64,000 bases of DNA, taken from NCBI GenBank assembly GCA_965277805.1, contig OZ255842.1:3232001-3296000 (forward strand). Direction: 5' to 3'. Under the pieces are notes generated by a model. The model saw only the letters and a program-made list of their open reading frames with translations. It made no database searches and was not told the origin of the DNA. A program made the position numbers and the translations under genes. The stretch is from Candidatus Lustribacter sp. (lineage in GTDB: Bacteria > Vulcanimicrobiota > Vulcanimicrobiia > Vulcanimicrobiales > Vulcanimicrobiaceae). Shown here in pieces: positions 29,958-39,660 of the stretch (position 1 is its first letter; each line of letters starts with the position of its first letter).

Positions 29958-30800
29958 TTCGCCGGAACTTTCTCGCTGCCGCGGCCGCGTTCACGGCGAT
30001 GCCGGCGCAGGCGTTCGCGCAGGCCGAACCGCCGGCGATGATCCGCTTCGCCGCGCAAGCCGGCGACGATCTGCGGCCGGTGCTCTACGCGCTCAGCACG
30101 GGAATGTTCAAACAAGCCGGCTTGGACGTGGTGATGCAAACGGGCAACGGTTCGACCACGGCGCAAGCGGTGAGCGGATGATCTACCGCAAGATTCACCG
30201 ACCTCGGGTGTCGTCGTGGCGACGAACTCGCCGCTGCGTACCGGGCGCGACCTGCAGGGCAAGGTCGTCGGCTGTTCCGCGCTCGGCGGCATCGCCTATC
30301 TAGGGTTGCGCGCGCTCGTCGATGCTCAAGGCGGCGACTCATCGCTCATCAAGTTCATCGAGATGAACGGCTCGCTCACGCCGGCCGCCGTCGAAGAGGG
30401 CCGCATCGATGCCGGCGTCACGGAAGAGCCGCATCTGACCGAGAGCATTCGCAGCGGCAAAGTACGGCTGCTGCTCGACATGTTCGACGGTTATCCGAGC
30501 CCCCCGCTGGAATCGGTGTTCTTCACCACCCGCGATTTCGCAAGCAAACATCCCGAGGCGATCGCGCGCTTCGCAAAAGTCGTCCAGGATGCGGCGAAGT
30601 ACACCAATACGCACGAAGCGCAGACGCTGCCGCTGTTCGTCCAGCTCTCCGGCATGGACCCGAAGCTCGCCAATCAGATTCACCATTCGTTCACGCCGGT
30701 CTCGTTCAACGCAGCGCAGATTCAGCCGGTCATCGAACTCGCCGCCAAATACAAGGCGATCCCGGCGAGCTTCGACGCGCGTGAGTTACTTGCGCAGTAG
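29954..30800 (+). pseudogene. SsuA/THI5-like binding protein broken by internal deletion and frameshift
   Basis: MIRRNFL... stops at 30181; C-terminal part resumes in another frame; about 30 residues present in paralogues are missing. Confidence 0.8.
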
Positions 30801-31108
30801 CTAAGAACTGTTTCTCGACCGTAGGGAACTCGATGTTCGTCACATCGGATACTGAGCGGACGGGATATCAGGAACGCGCTCGACGCGCCCAATAGATGGC
30901 CTGTGCGGAACGGCGCGAGACTCTAGACGTAGCCATGATGTCGTGTCAGAATTCTCACAACGCTATTAAGACGGGAATTTGTCTCATCGCTCCACCTGGG
31001 TGGGGCCTACCCCGATAGCAGTGACGCGGGGCGCCCCTCCTCGACTGGCTAGACTAACGGCAGCATTCACTCTTATTTGCCTTCACGTGTCGATAGGAAA
31101 GTGCAAGC

Positions 31109-32464
31109 ATGTTCGCCCCGAAGGTCGCCAAACCACAGACGCAGGCCACCGCAAGCGCAGCGACTAGAGTCGAGCGGAGCATTGGGAATCAAGCAACGCT
31201 CAGGAGAGTGGCCCAACGGGCAACGAACCTTCGTGAGAGCGAACTTCACGGCCACGACGAGCAAGAGGCTGACCTTGCAAGCCTGACCGCCGCCGCGCCT
31301 CCAATCGTGCAAAAAGTGCTTCGCGAGCCAGGCCAGCCGCTAGATCAGTCTTCCCGGGCTTTTTTTGAGCCTCGTTTCGGCTTCAACTTTGGCTCTATAC
31401 GCATCCACACCGACGCCAACGCTGCACTGTCGGCGGATGCGGTGAGAGCTCTTGGATACACAGTTGGCAACCACATCGTTTTCGGCGCCGGTCAATATCA
31501 ACCCGCAACTCCGAAGGGACGGCAACTGCTGGCGCACGAGCTGGCACACGCAGTTCAGCAGCGCTCGAGAAACACCCCGGACTCCGAGCCTCCGATAGGT
31601 AACACCAGCGGCTCCTATGAGCGTGAGGCTGACGAGGCGGCACAAGCTGTGTTTGACGGACGGGCGTTCGAGCTGGGACCTGTAAATGGCCCAATTTTGG
31701 CTCGCAAGACGAGCGAAGGCGTGCACGACTCTGAAGAGCTGGGTGATGCCGCTCGAGCATTTATGGATAACAACTCTAATCTAGGAACGGATACGTTGAG
31801 TAAGATTAGATCGGGGATATACAAACTCGCCAGCGAATCGGGAACCTATGAAGTAGCGTACTCGTTTTTCAACGTGTATTCGCATTTTAACAACAGCATA
31901 AGACAAATGACGCCTCTCGAGGAAGAGAAGGAAAAGTCGCTCGGGAATCGCTTGGCGGTGACGGACACAACCTTGGGGTTCACCACGACAACGCTGCAAT
32001 CAGTCGTTTTGGGCTACGGTGATACGCAGCTAGCTACTTTATTACTACACGAGCTTTCGCACACCGGGCACGTCGGTGGTAGCGTTGCCGGAGAGGGTGC
32101 ATATCAGGAGGGCCAGTCATACGGGCTCGAGTACTTTTACGCCGAAATTGCCGGCGATACGAACCGAACAGAAAAAATTCGGGGCATCGTGAGCGCTGGG
32201 GACGTGCTCGGTTATTCGAAGGCGGCAAGTCTGCCGAGGTTTCAAGAAGATTTCAAGGTCACGTACGCGCTTATGACAGCGCTAAGGGAAGTTGTTACTA
32301 ACGGATCCTCGTCGCATCTCCCATTCCCTGACCTTACCTCGGCGCGTGCGCAACTACTGGAAGAACAGGTCGTGACAAGCTTCCAGTCGCCGGGCACTGA
32401 ACTGGCCAAATATATTGCTTATGTGAGGTCCAATCTCGCCTCATTCAAGATTCCACCATTATAG
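31109..32464 (+). CDS. DUF4157 (eCIS core) domain protein with C-terminal HExxH domain
   Basis: IGNQA, PGQPLD...FEPRFG, IRIHTD, YTVGNHIVF, LLAHELAHAVQQ, YEREAD; second motif LLHELSH. Confidence 0.85.
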   Translation: MFAPKVAKPQTQATASAATRVERSIGNQATLRRVAQRATNLRESELHGHDEQEADLASLTAAAPPIVQKVLREPGQPLDQSSRAFFEPRFGFNFGSIRIHTDANAALSADAVRALGYTVGNHIVFGAGQYQPATPKGRQLLAHELAHAVQQRSRNTPDSEPPIGNTSGSYEREADEAAQAVFDGRAFELGPVNGPILARKTSEGVHDSEELGDAARAFMDNNSNLGTDTLSKIRSGIYKLASESGTYEVAYSFFNVYSHFNNSIRQMTPLEEEKEKSLGNRLAVTDTTLGFTTTTLQSVVLGYGDTQLATLLLHELSHTGHVGGSVAGEGAYQEGQSYGLEYFYAEIAGDTNRTEKIRGIVSAGDVLGYSKAASLPRFQEDFKVTYALMTALREVVTNGSSSHLPFPDLTSARAQLLEEQVVTSFQSPGTELAKYIAYVRSNLASFKIPPL

Positions 32465-32602
32465 CTGCTCCCGCAGCGGCATATTCTGATATCGCTTTCA
32501 CCGCTGAATCATCGCCTCGCACTGAACGGCGGCGATTGTTTAAACAACCTATTGATCGCAAGAATATGGAGTGACCCAGAAAAAGTTGGCTTACTGTCGT
32601 CG

Positions 32603-33511
32603 CTATCGCAGTTTTTCCGCTGCGGCCCAGCCCGCGTACGTGGCAGGCATCGCATCGAGCACGCTCAGCCTGCGCGGTGCCCAGCCCAGCACTCGGCGCG
32701 CCTTCTCGGGCGAGCTGACCTCGTTGCGATCGAACCATGTGCTCGCGCTGTCGCCCTTCATCGGTCCTTCGAAACGGATCTCGCCGGTATAGCCCGCTGC
32801 CGCGAGCGACGCGCGCATCACGTCCAAGCAGCGGTAGCGCGTCCCGTCGGTGATGCAGAACACCTCGCCGTCGATCGAACGGTCCGCCTCGACGGCGCGC
32901 AAGTACGCTTCCGAGAGATCGTCGACGTGCAGCCACGACCACGCTTTCTCTTGGTTGCCGCGATACGCGACATCGCCGGATTTGGCCATCTCGAACCAAT
33001 CCGCCACCTGACTGTTGAAGCCGCCGTTCCCGTACGTGAAGCACGGCCGCAGCACCACGGTGCCGACGTTCGCAATCCCGAGCGCTTCGATCTCGAGCGC
33101 ACGCCGGAAACCCAACGGATAGGCCGGGTTGGGCTCGATGGTCTCATCCAAAACACGGCCGCCGACATCGCCCATGATCGAGCAGCCGGTGGTGTAGATC
33201 AGACGGCGGCACGTTCCGGATTGTTCGGGCAACGACGCGAGCGTAGCGAACAGCGTGCGATCGGTTTCCTTCATCGCTTTTTTATCGAACGTCGTGTAGA
33301 CCATCACGTGGCTTTGCTCGAGCACGTCGCGATAGGTATCCGGTTGACTCACGTCGCCGCGAAGAATCGCGATCTCGTGCATGCGCAGGATGTCGAGCCG
33401 CGGCGACTCGAGATTGCGGGCGAGTCCAGTGACCTGATGGCCGGCCGAAGCCAGCCGGATGGCGGCATAAAACCCGGCGTATCCGGTCACGCCGGTGATG
33501 AGTATACGCAT
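32603..33511 (-). CDS. NAD-dependent epimerase/dehydratase (atypical SDR)
   Basis: ILITGVTGYAG, VLRP..YG, LHVDDL. Confidence 0.85.
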   Translation of the reverse strand: MRILITGVTGYAGFYAAIRLASAGHQVTGLARNLESPRLDILRMHEIAILRGDVSQPDTYRDVLEQSHVMVYTTFDKKAMKETDRTLFATLASLPEQSGTCRRLIYTTGCSIMGDVGGRVLDETIEPNPAYPLGFRRALEIEALGIANVGTVVLRPCFTYGNGGFNSQVADWFEMAKSGDVAYRGNQEKAWSWLHVDDLSEAYLRAVEADRSIDGEVFCITDGTRYRCLDVMRASLAAAGYTGEIRFEGPMKGDSASTWFDRNEVSSPEKARRVLGWAPRRLSVLDAMPATYAGWAAAEKLR

Positions 33512-33552
33512 GTCGCCCGCCTCCTACGCGGTATCGCTGACGCGTGAAATGT

Positions 33553-34707
33553 CTAGACGACCGCGCGCAGCGTCGCGGTATCGTACGGCTTCAACGGCTC
33601 GCCGCGCTGGACTTTCCGCACCCACGCGGCGTCGTTGAGAATCGCGCGCGCCGACGCGATCAGATCGAATTCACCGCGCTCGAAGCGCCGCATGACCTTG
33701 TCCATGTTGTCGGTCGACTGCGGCGGACCGGACGCGCCCGGGCTGAAAAACGAACGCCCGATGCCTATTCCGCCACCTGTGATCGTCACGCGGCCGGTGA
33801 TCTTCTTCGCCCAGCCGGCGAGGTTGAGATCGGAACCGGGGAACGCGGGATTGTCGAACATGCCTTCGGCCGCATCGAACACGTCGACGCCGGCTTCCGC
33901 CAGCGGCTCGAGCACGTCGGCGAACTCCGCCGGCGTATCGGCGTTGGTAGCGTCGCGGTCTTGGTGCTTCCACTGCGTGAAGCGATAGAAGATCGGCAGC
34001 GCATCGCCTACAGCGCGGCGGATCGCGCGCACGACTTCCGCGCCGAAGCGCGTACGTTCGCGGCGGTTGCCACCCCAGCGGTCGGTGCGGAGATTCGTCT
34101 CGCCCCACAAAAACGAATCGGGCAGGTAGCCATTCGCGCCGTGAATTGCAATGCCGTCAAAACCGAGCTCCGCGGCGTTATGTGCGCTGCGTCCGTAACC
34201 ATCGATGATTTCGAGAATCTCAGCATCCGTCAACGCGCGGCCGGGCTTGGCAAGATGCTCGATGTGTTCGGGACTGAGCAGCGTGCGCCGGCCGAGCGGT
34301 CCCCAAATCCCCGACGGCATCGCCGTTTCCGCTTCGGGATGATAGCCCGTGCCGGATTCGCGCCTCACGCCCATGTGCCACAACTGCGGCACGACCTTGC
34401 CGCCGCCCGCGTGCGCGAGTTCGACCACGCGCCGCCAGCCCGCGAGCGCGGCATCGCCGTGCAGCACCGGAATCGCGCAACCGCGTCCTTCACCCGCGCC
34501 GACGGATGCCGGATGATCGACGCCGTCCCCGCCGACAACCACGAGGCCGATGCCGCCGTCGACGCGCCGGCGAAAATACTGCGCCAGCCCTTCGTCAGGC
34601 ACGCCGTTCGGCGAACTGTTGCGATTCGCCGGCGACATCGCGAAGCGATTCGCAACCTTTAAGCTGCGAATCTGCAACGGTTCGAAGAGCGCGGCGACGT
34701 CGGTCAT
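33553..34707 (-). CDS. NADH:flavin oxidoreductase (Old Yellow Enzyme family)
   Basis: NRFAMSP, QLWHMG, GFDGIAIHGANGYL, RTDRWGG. Confidence 0.92.
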   Translation of the reverse strand: MTDVAALFEPLQIRSLKVANRFAMSPANRNSSPNGVPDEGLAQYFRRRVDGGIGLVVVGGDGVDHPASVGAGEGRGCAIPVLHGDAALAGWRRVVELAHAGGGKVVPQLWHMGVRRESGTGYHPEAETAMPSGIWGPLGRRTLLSPEHIEHLAKPGRALTDAEILEIIDGYGRSAHNAAELGFDGIAIHGANGYLPDSFLWGETNLRTDRWGGNRRERTRFGAEVVRAIRRAVGDALPIFYRFTQWKHQDRDATNADTPAEFADVLEPLAEAGVDVFDAAEGMFDNPAFPGSDLNLAGWAKKITGRVTITGGGIGIGRSFFSPGASGPPQSTDNMDKVMRRFERGEFDLIASARAILNDAAWVRKVQRGEPLKPYDTATLRAVV

Positions 34708-34756
34708 GCGGATTCCCCTCAGTTGGGAAATCCGTTTAGCTCTCTAACTACTTAAA

Positions 34757-35269
34757 TCATGCACCCGCGCGTACGGGCAATTTCCAGTTCGGACGCACGA
34801 AGTGGCACGTATAGCCATTGGGATAGTGCTCCAAGTAATCTTGGTGCTCGGGCTCCGCTTCCCAGAATTCGCCGGCCGGCGCGACTTCGGTCACGACCTT
34901 GCCGGGCCAAATTCCCGATGCGTCGACATCTTTGATCGTGTCTTCCGCGATGCGCTTCTGCTCGTCGCTCGTGTAGTAAATCGCCGAGCGATAGCTCGTG
35001 CCGCGATCGTTGCCTTGACGGTTGAGCGTCGACGGGTCGTGGATTTGAAAAAAGAACTCGAGGATCGCCCGGTAGCTGGTCTTGCTCGGGTCGAAAATGA
35101 TCTCGACCGCCTCGGCGTGCGTACCGTGGTTTCGGTACGTTGCGTTTTTCACGTCGCCGCCCGAGTAGCCGACGCGCGACGAAATCACGCCGGGTTGTTT
35201 ACGGATCAAATCTTGGACGCCCCAGAAACAGCCCCCGGCCAGGATCGCGCGTTCGGTCGATGCACTCAT
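34757..35269 (-). CDS. msrA: Peptide methionine sulfoxide reductase A
   Basis: [33 protein letters not shown]. Confidence 0.97.
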   Translation of the reverse strand: MSASTERAILAGGCFWGVQDLIRKQPGVISSRVGYSGGDVKNATYRNHGTHAEAVEIIFDPSKTSYRAILEFFFQIHDPSTLNRQGNDRGTSYRSAIYYTSDEQKRIAEDTIKDVDASGIWPGKVVTEVAPAGEFWEAEPEHQDYLEHYPNGYTCHFVRPNWKLPVRAGA

Positions 35270-35375
35270 CTCTTCTCTCCTTATCAGAGTCCAGTCACTA
35301 GAACCGCAACGGTAGGCGCCTTGGTGGCACCGTCGCGAAGGGCGTTTGCCTTACCCATTCTTCGGGGGGATGGCC

Positions 35376-36581
35376 ATGACGCAGACTCGGCACGACTTTT
35401 TGGCGACCGGAGCGGTTGCCGCAACCCTGACCAGCAGCGCCGCCCTATTGGGCTCGCCCGTGCTCGCAGCAGCCGGCGACGCCGACGCATCGCACCCGGC
35501 GCCGCCGCTCCAGAACTTCGGATCCTACGCCGCACCGACCGACGTCAAGCCGGTCAACATCATCAATTTGCGCGAGTTGGAAGCGGCGGCCCAAAAGGTC
35601 ATCCCGCCCGGCGGCTTCGGCTACATCGAAGGCGCGGCCGGCGATGAGTGGACGAAACACGAGAACGAAGCGGCCTACAAGCGCGTCACGATCGTGCCGC
35701 ACTATCTCAGCGGCCTCGCTTCCGCCGACACGTCGACGACGCTGCTCGGCAACAAGCTCTCGATGCCGATCATCGTGACCGTGATGGGCGGCCATGGTTT
35801 GGCGCACGCATCGGCAGAAGCCGGCACCGCGCGCGGAGCAGCTGCAGCGGGCACGCTGATGATCGCGCCGTCGCAGTCGAACGTCACGCTCGAAGATACG
35901 ATGAAGGCCGGCGACAATCCGAAATTCTTCCAACTCTACATTCCGCCCGACCGCGGCGTGACGCGCGACGTCATCCTGCGCGCGAAAGCGGCCGGATACA
36001 AGGCGATCACGGTCACGATCGATGCCTTCGTCTCCTCGAACCGCGAGACGGACATCCGCAACAACTTCCACTCGAGCCTACCGAATGCCAACTTCCCGAA
36101 CGTGGTGAGCCGCGGTTACGGAACCACGCCTTTCAAAGAAAACCTCGGTTGGGACGACATCGCCTTCATCCGCGACACCACCGGCCTGCCGGTGTTTATC
36201 AAAGGCGTGCTCTCACCGGCGCTCGCCACCGAAGCGATCAAACACGGCGTAGCCGGTATCCAAGTCTCCAATCACGGCGGCCGTCAACTCGACGATACGC
36301 CCGCATCGTTCACCGTGCTGCCGCGCATCGCGGAAGCCGTCGGCGGACGCATCCCGATCATCGTCGACGGCGGCATCCGCCGCGGCCAAGACGTCTTCAA
36401 AGCCCTCGCGATGGGCGCGAACGTCTGCGCAATCGGACGCCCCATTCTCTACGGTCTCGCCCTCGGCGGCTGGATGGGCGTACAAGGCGTTCTCCAACAC
36501 CTCAACGGCGAACTCGAAATGACGATGCGCCTCGCCGGCGCCAAAAACATCGCCGGCATCTCCCGCGCCTATCTGAGCTAA
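35376..36581 (+). CDS. FMN-dependent alpha-hydroxy-acid oxidase (lactate oxidase-like) with Tat-like leader
   Basis: FQLY, IKG, VSNHGGRQLD, DGGIRRGQD, IGRP. Confidence 0.92.
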   Translation: MTQTRHDFLATGAVAATLTSSAALLGSPVLAAAGDADASHPAPPLQNFGSYAAPTDVKPVNIINLRELEAAAQKVIPPGGFGYIEGAAGDEWTKHENEAAYKRVTIVPHYLSGLASADTSTTLLGNKLSMPIIVTVMGGHGLAHASAEAGTARGAAAAGTLMIAPSQSNVTLEDTMKAGDNPKFFQLYIPPDRGVTRDVILRAKAAGYKAITVTIDAFVSSNRETDIRNNFHSSLPNANFPNVVSRGYGTTPFKENLGWDDIAFIRDTTGLPVFIKGVLSPALATEAIKHGVAGIQVSNHGGRQLDDTPASFTVLPRIAEAVGGRIPIIVDGGIRRGQDVFKALAMGANVCAIGRPILYGLALGGWMGVQGVLQHLNGELEMTMRLAGAKNIAGISRAYLS

Positions 36582-36708
36582 CCCTGCGCATGAAGGGCGT
36601 GCGTGTAGAATTTTCGTGTAGCACCGTTTTTTTTGGTGATGCTGTGCGCGGCCGATGGGCGTAGGGCCGAGCGTGTCTCTCCTGCTTCCTATACCATTTA
36701 CAGCGTTG

Positions 36709-37701
36709 TTAGATCTTGAATTCGCCGTGGGTTGATTTGGCGAAGAGGTCTTCGGGGGTGAAGAGGCGCGAGGTGAGGCCTTGGGTGTGGGACCAGCGCG
36801 CAGCGGCTTCGAGGGCGGCGCGGTTGCGTGCGATGCCGTAGGGCCAGTGGTCGGGGCCGAACATCGCGCGCGCTTCTTCCACGGCCTCGACCAGCCACGG
36901 CACGCTCGCCTTGAGCGCGCCGCCCGTGCCGTAGATGTCGCGTAACGCGGCGTCTTTCGACTGCGCGAACGCTTTCACGACGCTGACCGGCAGCCACGGA
37001 TATTGCTCGATGAGCGCGCGCCGAATGCCGAGCGTGTGCATGATCGGGAACACGCCGGTCTTCTGGAAGTACGCCTTCTCCAGTTGCTGATGATCGGGGA
37101 ACAGCCGCGCTACCGGTGCCGTGCGGTATTCGAAGCACGACGGCGATGACGCGCTGATCATGCCGTCGAGTTCGCCTTCGGCCAGCATCAGGCTCAGCGA
37201 CTTCTTCGTGGCCGACTCGACGACGACGCCCGGCGGCAGCTGCAGCGGAAATTTCTCGTGGCGCCCCGGCTCTTCGAGCCCGCCGTTGACCCACGTGATC
37301 TGATCGGGCGTGATGCCGTACTCGTCTTGCAGAATGCCGCGCGCGGTGATGCCGGCCGTCTGCGTGTACTCCGGCACGCCGACGCGTTTGCCGATCAGCT
37401 CCTTCGGTTCACGTATGCCGCGGTCGGTCCGCACGAAGATCGCCGAATGGCGGAACATCCGGGAGAGGAACACCGGCACCGCCTGATATTCCCACGGCCC
37501 TTTGTCGATCGCCATCATGTATGCCGAAAGCGACATCTCGGTGATGTCGAACTCGTGGTGGTGAAAGACGCGGTAAAACAGCTCTTCGATGCGCAGCGGA
37601 ATGACGTTCAGATCGACGCCTTCGATGCGCACGTCGCCGGTCTGCAGCGCTAAGGTGCGGTCGTAGTTCCAGCCGCCGTACGTGAGTGGAAGCAGGCTCA
37701 C
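36709..37701 (-). CDS. 4,5-dihydroxyphthalate decarboxylase-like protein (binding-protein fold)
   Basis: YDRT.AL..G.V..EG, FDITEMSLS, PVFLSRMFRHS, FPIMH, WPYG. Confidence 0.8.
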   Translation of the reverse strand: MSLLPLTYGGWNYDRTLALQTGDVRIEGVDLNVIPLRIEELFYRVFHHHEFDITEMSLSAYMMAIDKGPWEYQAVPVFLSRMFRHSAIFVRTDRGIREPKELIGKRVGVPEYTQTAGITARGILQDEYGITPDQITWVNGGLEEPGRHEKFPLQLPPGVVVESATKKSLSLMLAEGELDGMISASSPSCFEYRTAPVARLFPDHQQLEKAYFQKTGVFPIMHTLGIRRALIEQYPWLPVSVVKAFAQSKDAALRDIYGTGGALKASVPWLVEAVEEARAMFGPDHWPYGIARNRAALEAAARWSHTQGLTSRLFTPEDLFAKSTHGEFKI

Positions 37702-37707
37702 CGTCGC

Positions 37708-38661
37708 TTAGACCGTGACCGAGATCTCGGGTGCGTGCACAGCGCGCTCGGTGAGCGCGTATTTCGCGCCGATGTTCAGCACCGGTTCGATCAGTTGCGG
37801 GTCGAAGGAGGTGGCGAACGTATTGCGCGCCATCGAATTTGCGGTTTCGATCGGAATCTTCGTAAAGCGGCTTTCGATGACCGCCGTTTCGGGTCGATGG
37901 ACGTTCACCCAGCGCGCGGTGTCGTAGAGCGCGGCCGCAAGCCGGTGCGCAAGCGGAGTATTTGCCGCCAGCCACGAGCGTGATGCAGCGTAGACGTTGA
38001 CATAAAACGGTTTGCCCATCGCTTCGAACGGGATGCCCAGCGGCCGTTGTTCGGACCGCGCGGCCGTGAGGAACGGCTCGCCCTGCAGCGCGGCCGCAAT
38101 CGTGCCGCGCTGCAGCGCGGTGTTCATGTCGGGAAACGGCAGCTCGAAAAACTTGATCTTCGAAAGATCGGCGCCGTTGATGCGAAGCCATTCCGTCGCC
38201 ATGCTGGAACTGAGCGATTTCAGGCCGACCACGCCGACGGTTTGACCCTCGAGATCCTTGGCGCTGTGGATCGCGCTCGTTTTCTCCGTCACCATGACGA
38301 GCGTCGGGCTTTGCTTCGCGAAGGCGCAGCCCCCGGCGAAGATCGCCAGCGGAAGCCCGTGAATGTAGGCGTTGGCAACCTGAATGCAGTCGCAAATCGC
38401 GACCTCGACCGCGCCGGTGATGGCAGCCTGTGCCGCGCCCGCGGCACCGCCGAACGGAATCAACTCAACATTCAAGCCGGCCTTCGTGTAGTAGCCCTGC
38501 TCTTGCGCGTACACCGGACCGAGCCCCGAGTCGTTGAGCGTGATGCCGATGCGAATGGGAGCCGACGTCGTCTGTGCGCGCAGCTCTGCATGGTGCGCCG
38601 AAAGCAACGTTGCGGCACCACCGCCGAACAGGAGCGCAGATGCGCGCGACCGGGTCATCAT
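37708..38661 (-). CDS. SsuA/THI5-like substrate-binding protein
   Basis: KAGLNV, AKDLEGQTV, F.ELPF, EP.L family pattern. Confidence 0.85.
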   Translation of the reverse strand: MMTRSRASALLFGGGAATLLSAHHAELRAQTTSAPIRIGITLNDSGLGPVYAQEQGYYTKAGLNVELIPFGGAAGAAQAAITGAVEVAICDCIQVANAYIHGLPLAIFAGGCAFAKQSPTLVMVTEKTSAIHSAKDLEGQTVGVVGLKSLSSSMATEWLRINGADLSKIKFFELPFPDMNTALQRGTIAAALQGEPFLTAARSEQRPLGIPFEAMGKPFYVNVYAASRSWLAANTPLAHRLAAALYDTARWVNVHRPETAVIESRFTKIPIETANSMARNTFATSFDPQLIEPVLNIGAKYALTERAVHAPEISVTV

Positions 38662-38697
38662 GGTCGCGCACTTACGCATGCGCTCGGTGAGCTCCCC

Positions 38698-39660
38698 TCA
38701 GCGCACGGCGGCGTCGCTCACGATCTCGGCGGCCGGAAACGAACGGTCGATGAGGTGGTATTTCGCCGCCGCTTCGATGACCGGTTGGATATCGTTCAGG
38801 TCGATCGTCGTGCCGACCCACGTGCGCTGCATGTGCGCGATGAACGCCGGGTCTTGCTTCGTGATCTGCGCGACGTCGCCGACCGTCGCGTCATTGTGGA
38901 CGCGCGTGAACGCAGCGGCATCGGCGATCACCCGCGAAAAGCGCGCGGCAACCGCGTGGTTCTGCGCGAGATAGCTCCCCGTCACGAACCACACGCCGAG
39001 CAAGAAGCGCTTTGCGATCGCCGAGTTGACCCTCGTTACCGTACGCACGGAACCGGTAGCGAGCGCTTGCGCGTACGCCGGGTTGTCGACCACCGCCGCA
39101 TCGATGCGGCCTTGCTGCAGCGCCGCGCCCGCGGCCTGCCACGGCAACTCGAGAAAACGCAAGGTGCTCGAGTCGCCGCCGTTCTGATCCATCCACGCAT
39201 CCATGGCGACCGTCGCGAGCGAACGCAGCGAAGCGGCCGAAATGACCTTGCCGTTGAAATCACGCGCCGTCTTCAGCGGCGAATCGCGCGCCACGAGCAG
39301 GCCGCCGACGTCGGCATCGATCCACAGCCCGCCCGGTGCGATGATGCTGACCGGAATGCCGCGCCGGTGCGCTTGCATCAGCGCAACGAGCGTCGTGAGA
39401 CCGATGTCGAGCGCGCCGCCGACGACGGCTTGCGAAACCGCATCACCGCCGCCGAGGCTCTGATAGTCGATCTTCAATCCGGCTCGCTCGAACGCGCCCG
39501 TGCGCATCGCGTACAAGAGTGGCGCGATCGAATCGGTCGGCACCGTGCCGACGCGAATCATCGTCAGCGGCGGAGTTTGCGCGATCGCCGCGCGCGGCAG
39601 CTGCGCCATAAGCGCGGCCGCTCCCAGTGCGGCTAGCGTCGCACGGCGCGAAAGCGTCAC
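38698..39660 (-). CDS. SsuA/THI5-like substrate-binding protein, Tat signal
   Basis: SRRATL leader; RDFNGK, IQPVIEAAAKY; GTGA overlap with hydantoinase B. Confidence 0.87.
   Translation of the reverse strand: MTLSRRATLAALGAAALMAQLPRAAIAQTPPLTMIRVGTVPTDSIAPLLYAMRTGAFERAGLKIDYQSLGGGDAVSQAVVGGALDIGLTTLVALMQAHRRGIPVSIIAPGGLWIDADVGGLLVARDSPLKTARDFNGKVISAASLRSLATVAMDAWMDQNGGDSSTLRFLELPWQAAGAALQQGRIDAAVVDNPAYAQALATGSVRTVTRVNSAIAKRFLLGVWFVTGSYLAQNHAVAARFSRVIADAAAFTRVHNDATVGDVAQITKQDPAFIAHMQRTWVGTTIDLNDIQPVIEAAAKYHLIDRSFPAAEIVSDAAVR

Noticed and set aside
31109-32464. A complete eCIS locus or prophage
   Set aside because: No structural, integrase or att features are visible in the window
36582-36708. 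Possible terminator or small RNA between convergent genes
   Set aside because: Only a 4-bp stem around a T-run; insufficient support
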